A stretch of DNA of 64,000 nt from Candidatus Marinacidobacterales bacterium (lineage in GTDB: Bacteria > Acidobacteriota > Vicinamibacteria > Marinacidobacterales > DATDRI01). The notes beneath the pieces are model-generated. The model had not been told where the DNA came from, searched no databases, and saw only the letters and a list, made by a program, of their open reading frames with translations. Positions 40,961 through 50,378 of this stretch are shown here, piece after piece; the stretch's first letter is position 1; each line of letters begins with the position of its first letter. Position numbers and translations under genes: made by a program. The stretch spans positions 5,152,001 to 5,216,000 of the forward strand of contig OZ245365.1 in the NCBI GenBank assembly GCA_965226495.1, in the 5' to 3' direction.

Positions 40961-41359
40961 GAGCTGGCCCTTCGGAGACGAAACTACTCCTCGTCAGTCC
41001 GAAAAGTCAAAGGCTTGTTAGAAGGTGAAGCGGGGTGCAGGGGAAACAGAAAAAATCCCAAATCGAGGGAGGGACCGGCCGAAAAACTTCGTCTTATATG
41101 AGTAGGACCTCAGAACCTGTCCCGATGCCGTGAACGGGTGGTTGGTGGATCTGGGAGGTCTTCGCGTCTCGGGCAACCAAGCCTTGCGAGAGCCAAGCAA
41201 GCTAGAGGGTTGCGCTGCCGCGGGAGAGTCGTCGGTTTACGGAACGTTTTGAGTGAAACCGACCTCGTTGAAGCGGGAACCCGACGTGATCAGATTTGAT
41301 CAGGTTGTGGAGAGCGGGGCGCAAGCCATCACGTGCCAGTATAGTCCACAGTGCCTGCG

Positions 41360-41905
41360 ATGCCGAAGAAAAAGACCTCACCCAGTGGCGCCCTCACAAT
41401 TCCGCCGCAGCTCATAGAACGCCGCATCTACCTCATCCGGGGCGAGAAAGTGATGCTTGATGAGGACCTAGCGCGAATGTACCGCGTGCCCACGAAACGG
41501 CTCAACGAGCAAGTCACCAGGAACATCAAACGTTTTCCTGAGGACTTCATGTTCCAACTGAGCGGCGGTGAAGCGGCGGTTTTGAGGTCGCAAATTGCGA
41601 CCTCAAAGGGCCGTGGCGGACGACGCTATCTGCCCCGCGCCTTCACCGAACAGGGCGTTGCCATGCTGTCGAGCGTTCTCCGAAGCGAGCGCGCGGTCCA
41701 GGTGAATATCGCTATCGTGCGAGCCTTCGTGCGGTTACGCCAGCTGCTGGCGACCCACAAGAACCTTGCAAGGAAAATCGAAACCCTCGAGCGAAAGGAC
41801 GCGGAGCATGACGCCAAGTTCCGCGTCGTCTTTGATGCCATCCGCGAGCTCATGAAGCCGCCGCCACCGGCGCCGCGCATCGGTTTCAAGGGTCGCAAAA
41901 GGTAA
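41360..41905 (+). CDS. ORF6N domain DNA-binding protein
   Basis: IRGEKVMLD.DLA.MY, RN..RFPEDFMFQL, AFTEQGVAMLSSVL.S..A, RIGF end. Confidence 0.9.
   Translation: MPKKKTSPSGALTIPPQLIERRIYLIRGEKVMLDEDLARMYRVPTKRLNEQVTRNIKRFPEDFMFQLSGGEAAVLRSQIATSKGRGGRRYLPRAFTEQGVAMLSSVLRSERAVQVNIAIVRAFVRLRQLLATHKNLARKIETLERKDAEHDAKFRVVFDAIRELMKPPPPAPRIGFKGRKR
41581..41607. repeat. Perfect 13-bp-arm palindrome inside the ORF6N gene
   Basis: TTTGAGGTCGCAA-A-TTGCGACCTCAAA. Confidence 0.95.
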
Positions 41906-41971
41906 TCTCGCCCGCCACGACCTGCGTTCGAAGCTAATTTCGGTTCGGTTGAAGAGTCAAAGGCCCGTCGA

Positions 41972-43267
41972 TCAGTCGAGTAGGACAGCCATCGCCCAAT
42001 CCAAATCCAGAGGCTCTCCGTCCCACGCGGGAAGGCTGGTCCTGGCGTCGATCTCGAGGCCGAGGTCGCGATTACGTTCCATGAGCACCCCGACAGGATC
42101 GTTGACTACTTTGGGCGATGGCGGCACGGGTGGCAGCAATCTCCCATTCGGCCGATAGAACATAGGCTCGCTGTTGGGTGGGAACTCCACCCGAAATCCT
42201 TCTTCGTGAACGGATCGGTGATGCCTTCGGCACAACAGAACGAGGTTATCGAGCTTGGTCTCCCCGCCATTGGCCCAATGCTCTATGTGGTGGGCATCGC
42301 AGTACTTGAGGCCACAGCCCGGAAAGCGGCAGGTCCGGTCTCGATGGGTCAGAGCTCGACGGATCGCGGGCGGGACGGTGCGGGTCTTTCGCCCTACATC
42401 TAATACTGTCCCATCTTCGTCGTGGGTCATCACGACCTTGCTGGCATCGCAGGCGATGCGCCGGGACGTTTCCGCGGAAACGTAGGTGCCATCCTCGACA
42501 ACTGACTGGCCCAGCTGGTTGGGGTCTTCCAAAACCACTTTGTCTACGTGGACGACGACTTGGTAGCGATCGCTACCATCATTCTTGGCCTCGAGTGCCC
42601 TCTCTGCAACCAAGCCGATCGCGTCGGCTCGGCGTTGCTCGTGGGTAGGCGTTTCCGCGGGAACGTCTTTGGGTACTTCGGTAACAGATTCCAGGGCGCG
42701 GAGAACCGCTGCTCCTACTTCCGGGGTCAGCCTTCCCCGGATGACGAGCATCCCATCCTCATCAGTGTAGGTCTGCAGATAGCGTTTCCGGTGCAGTCGA
42801 TTGGCCTCGTCACGCTCTTTAGAACCCACCGCCCGGCGCCAGGCTCGGACGATTCGCTCCACATGAGAGGCCGTACCACCGCGCGCCACGCCCAAGAGCT
42901 TCTCCTCGTTTTCCGGCCTTGCGACCCGGGTGATGGCCCGCACTTTAGAGTAAGAGACCTCCCCCTTATCCATGGACTCACTGATGAGCGGCAGATGCTT
43001 GAGGGCTCGCGAGACTCGCACATGCTCACGGGCGGCGCCTAGGTTGAGACCTGCCCGCCAGCTCAGCCAATGGGCACACGAGCGAAAGTCCTCCCAACCA
43101 GCGCCTTCGTCAAACTCGCGAATCAGCACCAACATCCGGTAGGTTGCTGCCGCGAGGTGCGCGGAGAGCTCCGCGCTCTCGTCGCCGATGCGTCGCATCC
43201 TCCTCACGTTCTCGCTGTGATGGGAATCGTCCAAGTAAACCGGTCCTTCCAAGATCTCTGCCGACAT
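41972..43267 (-). CDS. DUF222 + HNH endonuclease (13E12-repeat-like family)
   Basis: SCAHWLSWR, SYSKVRAITR, RRIACDA, RDRTCRFPGC, AHHIEHWANGGET.LDNLVLLCRRHH. Confidence 0.9.
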   Translation of the reverse strand: MSAEILEGPVYLDDSHHSENVRRMRRIGDESAELSAHLAAATYRMLVLIREFDEGAGWEDFRSCAHWLSWRAGLNLGAAREHVRVSRALKHLPLISESMDKGEVSYSKVRAITRVARPENEEKLLGVARGGTASHVERIVRAWRRAVGSKERDEANRLHRKRYLQTYTDEDGMLVIRGRLTPEVGAAVLRALESVTEVPKDVPAETPTHEQRRADAIGLVAERALEAKNDGSDRYQVVVHVDKVVLEDPNQLGQSVVEDGTYVSAETSRRIACDASKVVMTHDEDGTVLDVGRKTRTVPPAIRRALTHRDRTCRFPGCGLKYCDAHHIEHWANGGETKLDNLVLLCRRHHRSVHEEGFRVEFPPNSEPMFYRPNGRLLPPVPPSPKVVNDPVGVLMERNRDLGLEIDARTSLPAWDGEPLDLDWAMAVLLD

Positions 43268-43522
43268 TTTCGATCTCCTTAGACCTATTATAGGAACGCT
43301 CTTTTTCTCGCCTTAGGGAGCTTCATGTGGACGGATAGATCCTTGTCCTAACTTTTTTGTCTCGAGACTTAAATAGCGTTCTTAGAGAACGTGTGCGATG
43401 CGGTAGGGAGGACTCTGGAGACGATCTGCAACGAAGCAAGCCTGTGTTGTGAAATTCTGTCAAGGAAAAGGTAGATTTTTTTTCAGTGAACGGGAACCCG
43501 TCGCTTCAGGTCCTCGAATCAA

Positions 43523-43636
43523 AGTGACGTCGTAGCTCGGAGCATTAGGTCCTCCGGATTCGAACTTGTCCTGGAAGAGCATTTCGGGCCTGCCGACACT
43601 GAGCTCCGGTCCCAACTTCATGGGCACAACCATCAG
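43523..43636 (-). pseudogene. Remnant of a kinase C-terminal beta-propeller
   Basis: LMVVPMKLGPELSVGRPEMLFQDKF...SYDVT resembles the last blade of the 43789 kinase. Confidence 0.65.
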
Positions 43637-43675
43637 AAGAAACCTTCGCTCGAATGGGCTTAGTAGTCGCCGAAT

Positions 43676-43762
43676 CTAGCTCCGCAGCCCGTTCCATAGA
43701 ACAGCAGCTCATGCCTCCAGGGACGCAATCTGTTCCATAGAAGGGCATGCTGTGCCGAAGCC
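43676..43762. repeat. Phased degenerate repeat element, copy 2 (spacing 20/21/20)
   Basis: CTAGCTCCGCAGCC start; GCA cores at 43684, 43704, 43725 and 43745. Confidence 0.65.
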
Positions 43763-43788
43763 AAGGGGAAGAGGGGAACTGTAACGAC

Positions 43789-46671
43789 TTAGTTGGTGGG
43801 AACCAATCGATTCAACTCTTGAAACCAATTGAGGACGACGACGATTTCCCTCAACCCGGCTTGGCGTTCCGGTTGGATCATGACGAAGCGCTGGCCGTCG
43901 GGCGAGATGTCGTAGTCGCGGAGAGACCAGGTGAGGCCCAAGCCGTATTTGTCCTCGAACACCACTGTCGGATTGCCGGCGGTAAATCGCGGTGATGTTT
44001 GGACGCTGACTGACCACAACTTGCCGTCGGCGCGGTAGAAGAGCTCCTTCCCGTCCCTCGACCAGAGGGGCTCGACGCCGCCTTCGGTTGAGATCGGGTA
44101 CCGGCCGCCGGGGCCGGGGTAGGCGCGGACGTAGACTTCGTAGCGTCCGGATTCATCGGACGTGTATGCAATCCATTTTCCATCCGGGGAGAATTGCGCC
44201 GCCTCTTCGCGGAAGGGCGTGGCGAGAAAGGGCTCGGACTTCGTCTCTCCCGTAAGCGAAAGCATGTAGATGTCATTGTCGTAGGTCGGCGAGGTTCTCA
44301 TAAACGCCAAGACGGAGCCGTCGGGTGAGAAAGAAAGAGGACGTTGCACGAATCCTGGCTCGCTCTGGGTGAGTCTTTCGGTCGCGCCGCTTCCGTCGGC
44401 GGGCTTCCAGAAAAGACCGGGTGCGTCGTCGCGGTTCGACTGAAACGCCACGCGGCGGCCATCCGGGGTCCATCTAGGCAGGCCTTCTCTAGCCTCGGCC
44501 AGCGTCAGGCGGGTCAAGGTTTCGCGAGGCACATCGTAGACCCAGATGTCGGCGTTACCTTCGAAATCGTAGGAAAGATCGACCGCGATGCGGCGGCCAT
44601 CGGGAGATATCCGAGGGCTCCCGAACGGGCGCTGTTCGTTGGTCACCGGTCGGGCCTCTCCCTCGCGGTTGACCCAGACTAGCTTGTTCTCCGGCGCCGA
44701 GCTTCCTGGTACGTAGACGAGCGTTCCGTCATCGGCGAGCGCGAAGTTCGAGAAGCTCGACATCGAGCTCCGCACGCCTTCGAGCACGGGAACAGAAGGA
44801 CCGGTGACTTCCAGGCGCTTGGTGTTGAAAGGCGCTGCGAGAAGTCGTCCGCCTTGCGCAAAGACAAGATGGCCGGTCGGTGAGTGGTGTGCGGTGACGG
44901 TTTTTTCTATGAGGGTTCGGTACGTGCCCGTGCTGAGGGAGAGCACACCGACCTCGGGATCGTCACTCCATACGCGTCCCGCTCTCGCAACGAGAAGGTT
45001 CTCTCCGCCGGGAAGCGCTTCTAGCGGGTAGTGCTGTTTCCCCTCTTCTGGTTTGGAAACGATCTGAGGTGTGCCGCCCGTAGCCGAGACCTTCGTGACT
45101 CCGGGTCCAGCGGAGCGGGAGCGGAAATAGATCTGATCATCGAACCCCCATACGGCTCCGCGAAGGTGGGGAGCGTTGCACAGGGTTGCGGGCGTTCCGC
45201 CGGCCACCGCCACCTTCTTGAGCTTGTCGTTGGCGACGAACCCGATCGAGTTTCCATCCGGTGAGAAGAAGGGATGCCAAGTTGCCCCTTCCGTTCCGTC
45301 GATGGGCTGGGCATCGAGCTGATCCATGGAGCGAACAAAAAGCTTGGTCACCTTCTCGTCTTCGGCGATGAACGCGAGGCGTGTACCGTCCGGGGAGATC
45401 GCAATGGCTTGCCCGATTTTCGGAAGCGGCGGCGTCGAGAGAGTCAGTCTCGTGACCGGATCGGATGATGTGGGAGTGGCTCCCATCCAGCTCCAAAGGC
45501 CTACGGCGGCTGCGGCGAGACCAAGTACTCCGGCCACGACCCAAGGCAAAACACGCTTCTGGAAAGAAGCGGACTCGGCAGCCGCTTCCTGCGGAGCCCA
45601 AGCCGGCTCGTTCAATGCTTCTTCGAGCTCGATGCGGATGTCCCACACGTCGCGGAAACGCCTCTGGGGATCCTTGTTCAAACACCGACGCAGCACGCGA
45701 CGGATGCTCTCGGGAGTCGTCTCCGGCAACGCTTCCCAGTCCGGCTCGTTAGAGAGAATCTGCGCGATGGTGTCGGAGATCGTCGCTCCGTGGAAGAGTG
45801 GTTCGCCGACAAGAGTTTCGTAAAGACAGCATCCGAAGGCCCAGATGTCAGTTCTTTGGTCGACGCGCTTGCCTCGCGCCTGCTCGGGGCTCATGTAAGT
45901 CGCGGTACCAAGAATGATTCCGCTGCGAGTGCCTTGAATACCCGTGATGGCCGATGTCGGAGTGCCGGGAGCCGCGTCTTCCTCGAACGCCTTCGCCAGA
46001 CCGAAATCCAAGACTTTGACCTTCCCATCGGGCGTGATCTTGATGTTGGCGGGTTTCAAGTCGCGGTGGATGATCTTTCGATCGTGGGCGGCCTCCATGG
46101 CTTCGGCGATTTGCTTGAAGAGAGGAAGAGCCTCTTCTAAGGGCAGGCGGTCCGACTTTGCCAAAGCATCCGCGAGCGTTTCACCTGGAACCAACTCGAG
46201 GACCAGAAAGGGAACTTCGCCCAGGTGCCCAATCTCATGAATGGTGGCGATGTTGGGATGATTCAACGATGCCAGGACCCGGGCCTCCCGTTCGAATCGT
46301 GCGAGCCGGTCTTTATCTTGGGCAAACGCATCGGGGAGTACTTTTAGAGCCACCGGACGATCGAGCTTGGTGTCCATCGCCCGGTAGACGACGCCCATCC
46401 CGCCCCGACCGACCTCCTCGAGGATCCGGTAGTGGGAGACGACGCGGCCTTCGAGCTTGGGGTCTTCGGCGTCCGCTGGGAGGTCCGCGACCGGGGATTT
46501 TTCTAGAAAGCTGTCTGAATCCTCGCTGGCGGCGAGCAGGGACTCCACCTCTTTTCGGAGCTCCGCATCGCCCACACAGGACTTGTCCAGGAACGCGGTC
46601 CTCCCCCCAGCGGGCAGTTCTAGGGCGGCGTCTAGCACCTCTTTGACGCGCTCCCAGCGCTCGGGTTTCAT
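43789..46671 (-). CDS. Ser/Thr protein kinase - TM - PD40/TolB beta-propeller
   Basis: MKPERWERVKE...LRKEVESLL extension, HRDLKPAN, DFG, many SPDG repeats, VVLNWFQEL end. Confidence 0.93.
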   Translation of the reverse strand: MKPERWERVKEVLDAALELPAGGRTAFLDKSCVGDAELRKEVESLLAASEDSDSFLEKSPVADLPADAEDPKLEGRVVSHYRILEEVGRGGMGVVYRAMDTKLDRPVALKVLPDAFAQDKDRLARFEREARVLASLNHPNIATIHEIGHLGEVPFLVLELVPGETLADALAKSDRLPLEEALPLFKQIAEAMEAAHDRKIIHRDLKPANIKITPDGKVKVLDFGLAKAFEEDAAPGTPTSAITGIQGTRSGIILGTATYMSPEQARGKRVDQRTDIWAFGCCLYETLVGEPLFHGATISDTIAQILSNEPDWEALPETTPESIRRVLRRCLNKDPQRRFRDVWDIRIELEEALNEPAWAPQEAAAESASFQKRVLPWVVAGVLGLAAAAVGLWSWMGATPTSSDPVTRLTLSTPPLPKIGQAIAISPDGTRLAFIAEDEKVTKLFVRSMDQLDAQPIDGTEGATWHPFFSPDGNSIGFVANDKLKKVAVAGGTPATLCNAPHLRGAVWGFDDQIYFRSRSAGPGVTKVSATGGTPQIVSKPEEGKQHYPLEALPGGENLLVARAGRVWSDDPEVGVLSLSTGTYRTLIEKTVTAHHSPTGHLVFAQGGRLLAAPFNTKRLEVTGPSVPVLEGVRSSMSSFSNFALADDGTLVYVPGSSAPENKLVWVNREGEARPVTNEQRPFGSPRISPDGRRIAVDLSYDFEGNADIWVYDVPRETLTRLTLAEAREGLPRWTPDGRRVAFQSNRDDAPGLFWKPADGSGATERLTQSEPGFVQRPLSFSPDGSVLAFMRTSPTYDNDIYMLSLTGETKSEPFLATPFREEAAQFSPDGKWIAYTSDESGRYEVYVRAYPGPGGRYPISTEGGVEPLWSRDGKELFYRADGKLWSVSVQTSPRFTAGNPTVVFEDKYGLGLTWSLRDYDISPDGQRFVMIQPERQAGLREIVVVLNWFQELNRLVPTN

Positions 46672-46908
46672 TGGAGATGCAAAAATAGACCCTGCCACGG
46701 TGAAAAGTCAAAAGGGGGAGGCGGGGTTGCCGGACGCCCCCCCATGCCTTGACAGGCTGCCAGGATCTCAAGTATTCTCCCCATCACCCCTGAGGTCGCC
46801 GGCCCGGGAGCCATTTGGGGCCATTTTTCAATTTTTGCAGGGATCTCCCGCTGGCGGCGTATACTCGGTCATAAAAACTTGGCTCGGCGGTCGCCTTTTT
46901 AGAGGGAA

Positions 46909-48426
46909 GTGTCTATGACGGTACACCTAGTTAATCCGAGCGACTTGTCGTTCGGTATGAGCGTCATTACCCCACGCTGGCTCTTTGTCCTGGCCGCTGC
47001 GACTCCTCGCCAATACGGAGACCCTCGCATCATAGATGAGACCATCGAGCATTTTGATCCAGCCACGGTTGAGCCGGGCGATGTGGTCGGGATTGGCATC
47101 CATACCCTAAACGCACTGCGCGGCTACAAAGTAGGAAAGATGGCGCGCGAGGCGGGTGCCCGCGTCATCTTTGGCGGCGTTCACGCGACGCTCTATCCCC
47201 AGGAATCCATCGAGTTGGGGGGGGCTCACGGTGTCGTGCTGGGTGATGGCGATCAGATGTGGGGAGAGGTGATCGCTGACTGTATGAACGGCGGACCCCG
47301 CGAGCTCTACCAAGCTGGACGCATCGAGGCGGAGCACTTCAAGCCCGCCCGTTGGGACCTCATGCCCACCGACAAATATATGTTGGCTTCGGTGCAGACG
47401 GTGCGAGGGTGCCCGAAGCATTGCTCTTTCTGCTCGGTTTGGCGAACCGATGGACAGCGCCCGCGCCAGCGCGCGTCAGACGCCGTGCTCGAAGAGATCG
47501 TCGAGCTTCGTCGCATGGGGTTTCGCTACATTGCGCTTGCCGACGACAACTTCTATCCAGTCACGCTGGAAGACCTAGAGCTTGCGGCTAAACGCGAGGA
47601 CAAGAGCCGGCTGCACGAATTAGAGGCCATTCGCCAGGAACGGTTCGATTTGATGGCCCGTCTCGCCGAGCTGCCGAGCGATCTAGTGTTCATGACTCAG
47701 ATCACGATGGAAGCCGCCGACGACCTCGAGTTCTTGGAAGCGATGAACAAGGCGCACATCAAGGGCGCCTTGGTCGGCGTCGAATCCGTGACTCCGGAGG
47801 GACTGAAGTCGGTCTTCAAGGACTTCAACAGGGCCGGGGACGATCTGGTAAAGCAGCTGCAGCGATTTCGCGAGCACAAGATCTACATCCTGGGCTCTTT
47901 TATCTTCGGGCTATCCACCGACCGACCCGACACGTTTAATCTCACCGCCGATATCGCGCACAAAGCCGGTGTGGTGTTCGCTCAGTTTCTGCCGCTCATC
48001 CCCCTTCCCGGCACGGTGGATTTCGAGAGCTGGGAAAAAGACGTGAAGAGCAAAGGAGACGAGGTTGCAGGCGTGCCGGTGAGCCGATATTGGCTCATCC
48101 CGCAGCCGCTTCGCCCCAAGATGTACACGCCCCACCCGCTCATGTCGGCCGCCGAAATCACGCAGCGCACGCAGGGAGTCTGGGACCGTTTCTACAGGCT
48201 GCCGTCTATTTGGGAGCGCTCCAACATCACCAAGTCGATTCGCGGACGGCTGTCCTTCTTGTTGGTCTCCAAGCTCTACCGGCAAATGTATGCGAAATCC
48301 GGCTTCGCCACCGACAGTGCCCGAACCAAGAAGGCCAAGAGGTGGACGCAGTGGATCGCTTCCCCTCTCCGGCGCCTGTTCCGGGCGGCCCCGATGCCGG
48401 ACCTGCAGGTGCCACGAAGCACATAG
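46909..48426 (+). CDS. B12-binding radical SAM protein
   Basis: GGVHATL, RGCPKHCSFC, DDNF, GVES; TTGACA-N18-TATTCT upstream. Confidence 0.88.
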   Translation: MSMTVHLVNPSDLSFGMSVITPRWLFVLAAATPRQYGDPRIIDETIEHFDPATVEPGDVVGIGIHTLNALRGYKVGKMAREAGARVIFGGVHATLYPQESIELGGAHGVVLGDGDQMWGEVIADCMNGGPRELYQAGRIEAEHFKPARWDLMPTDKYMLASVQTVRGCPKHCSFCSVWRTDGQRPRQRASDAVLEEIVELRRMGFRYIALADDNFYPVTLEDLELAAKREDKSRLHELEAIRQERFDLMARLAELPSDLVFMTQITMEAADDLEFLEAMNKAHIKGALVGVESVTPEGLKSVFKDFNRAGDDLVKQLQRFREHKIYILGSFIFGLSTDRPDTFNLTADIAHKAGVVFAQFLPLIPLPGTVDFESWEKDVKSKGDEVAGVPVSRYWLIPQPLRPKMYTPHPLMSAAEITQRTQGVWDRFYRLPSIWERSNITKSIRGRLSFLLVSKLYRQMYAKSGFATDSARTKKAKRWTQWIASPLRRLFRAAPMPDLQVPRST

Positions 48427-48464
48427 CAACGTAGGGCAGCTGTACAAGAGTCTCCCGAATCGAC

Positions 48465-50378
48465 TTGACTGAGACCCTCGACCTGTGGGGTGAGCCCCTT
48501 TTTACGCGAACCGAAGTACGGCTGTACCGAAAGGAACCAGACTACAGCCGCCCACGTCTTACCATTGCCAAGGACAAAGCCCGGCTCATCCAGGAAAAGC
48601 TCGCGATTCTATATGGTGATCGGGCCGAAACTTGTTATTCGGAGGTGGAACGCATCCTACGCGTGCACCACGCCCACAAGACTCCGGAAATGCTCGAAGA
48701 CGAAGAGGTGTTTCGGCCTGAGGATCGGTTCACCGAAAAAGACATCGTCGCCATCACCTATCCCGACCAGCTCGTCAAGCCCGGTGTGCCACCCCTGGCC
48801 TTCCTCGGCCAACTGCTGAACATCTTTCTCACCGGCATCATCAATACCATCCACATTCTCCCCTTCTACCCATACTCCTCGGATCGCGGATTCTCGGTCA
48901 TCGATTATCGACAGGTCGATCCGCGTATGGGTACCTGGAACGACATCGAGCGATTGAGCCTCAGCTTCCACCTCATGTTCGATGGTGTCATCAACCATGT
49001 CTCTTCCAAGAGCGAGTGGTTCGAAGAGTTTTTGAACGGCAATCCGGAATATGAGGATTTCTTCACAGTCTTCGATGCAAAACATGAGGTCACCGAAGAC
49101 CACCGGCGTCTCATCTTGAGACCCCGCACGTCCGATCTATTGACTCCTTTCCAGACCATCAATGGAACGCGGTATGTGTGGACGACGTTTAGCTCCGACC
49201 AGATCGATCTGAACTACAAGAACGAGAAGGTGCTGTTCCGGATTCTGGATATCCTTCTTTATTACGTGCGAAAGGGCGCAGATCTATTGCGGCTAGATGC
49301 CGCCACCTTCCTGTGGGCTGAACTGGGGACGTCTTGTGCACATCTGTTGGAAACGCACGCCCTCATACAGCTTCTTCGTGCCGTCTTCGACGTCGCGGCT
49401 CCCAAGGTCTCGTTGATCACGGAGACCAACGTGCCTCACGCCGATAACATCAGCTACTTCGGAGACGGGACTGACGAAGCGCACATGGTCTATAACTTCT
49501 CTCTGCCTCCGCTGGTGCTTCACTCCCTGCAAACCGGCAACTGCGAAAAGCTAACGCTCTGGGCGGCGCAGCTCGAAAAGCCATCCGAGCTCTGTACCTA
49601 CTTCAATTTCCTCGACTCCCATGACGGCATCGGACTTCTCGGCGCCCGAGACATCTTGACCGATGACGAGATCGAGACCTTGGTCAAGAGGGTCGAATCT
49701 CACGGGGGACTGGTCTCTTATCGGGCGGACGGGCAGGGCTCCATAACTCCCTATGAGCTGAACATCACATGGTTCGATGCCCTCAACTCGCCCAACGGCT
49801 CCGACTCGGACGAGGAGAAGGTGAACCGTTTCATCGCTTCCCGGGCGATTTCACTGGCCCTGGCCGGCGTGCCCGCGGTCTACCTTCCCGGCATCGCCGG
49901 GACCCAGCTGGTCAAACAGGTGACGTTGGGGGAGCTCGACGAGCCACGAAGCATCAGTCGGCAAAGGGGGGACCCGGCCGCGTTCGGCGAGAAGATGACC
50001 GACTCCAATTCGGTGGCTTACCGAATCGTAAAACGCTTCCGGGACATGGCAGAACGACGAAACTCCTGTCCAGCCTTTCATCCGAACGGCGCACAACGTG
50101 TCATTTCCGGCAACCACGCGGTTTTCACGCTCGTTCGTAGATCACCGGACGGGAGTCAAACGGTGTTGGCGCTGACCAACGTCTCCGCATGCCAGCAGCC
50201 AGCTCAGATCGAGAACGAGCAAATCGGAGTGACGGCGCCTTTATGGAAGGACATGCTCGGCGAGCGCAACGTCCCCTCGGTGGACGGACGATTGAAGCTC
50301 GCCGTGAAGCCCTACGAAGTGCTTTGGCTGGAGCCCGCGTCAGGTTTTCACTCTATAGCCGAATGCGCTGACACCTAG
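48465..50378 (+). CDS. GH13_18 sucrose-phosphorylase family protein, glucosylglycerate phosphorylase-like
   Basis: HILPFYPYSSDRGF, WTTFSSDQIDLN, RLDA, ITETNVPH, SHDGIG, PYELNIT. Confidence 0.85.
   Translation: MTETLDLWGEPLFTRTEVRLYRKEPDYSRPRLTIAKDKARLIQEKLAILYGDRAETCYSEVERILRVHHAHKTPEMLEDEEVFRPEDRFTEKDIVAITYPDQLVKPGVPPLAFLGQLLNIFLTGIINTIHILPFYPYSSDRGFSVIDYRQVDPRMGTWNDIERLSLSFHLMFDGVINHVSSKSEWFEEFLNGNPEYEDFFTVFDAKHEVTEDHRRLILRPRTSDLLTPFQTINGTRYVWTTFSSDQIDLNYKNEKVLFRILDILLYYVRKGADLLRLDAATFLWAELGTSCAHLLETHALIQLLRAVFDVAAPKVSLITETNVPHADNISYFGDGTDEAHMVYNFSLPPLVLHSLQTGNCEKLTLWAAQLEKPSELCTYFNFLDSHDGIGLLGARDILTDDEIETLVKRVESHGGLVSYRADGQGSITPYELNITWFDALNSPNGSDSDEEKVNRFIASRAISLALAGVPAVYLPGIAGTQLVKQVTLGELDEPRSISRQRGDPAAFGEKMTDSNSVAYRIVKRFRDMAERRNSCPAFHPNGAQRVISGNHAVFTLVRRSPDGSQTVLALTNVSACQQPAQIENEQIGVTAPLWKDMLGERNVPSVDGRLKLAVKPYEVLWLEPASGFHSIAECADT

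Noticed and set aside
41972-43267. IscB/Cas9-like RNA-guided nuclease
   Set aside because: No PLMP or RuvC motifs; the architecture is DUF222-HNH.
30296-46700. Prophage or integrative element
   Set aside because: No integrase, transposase, structural or conjugation genes and no tRNA att site; ORF6N and HNH alone are insufficient.
46909-48426. Specific call as a hopanoid methylase (HpnP/HpnR)
   Set aside because: Only generic B12 radical SAM motifs are visible, and there are no hpn genes nearby.
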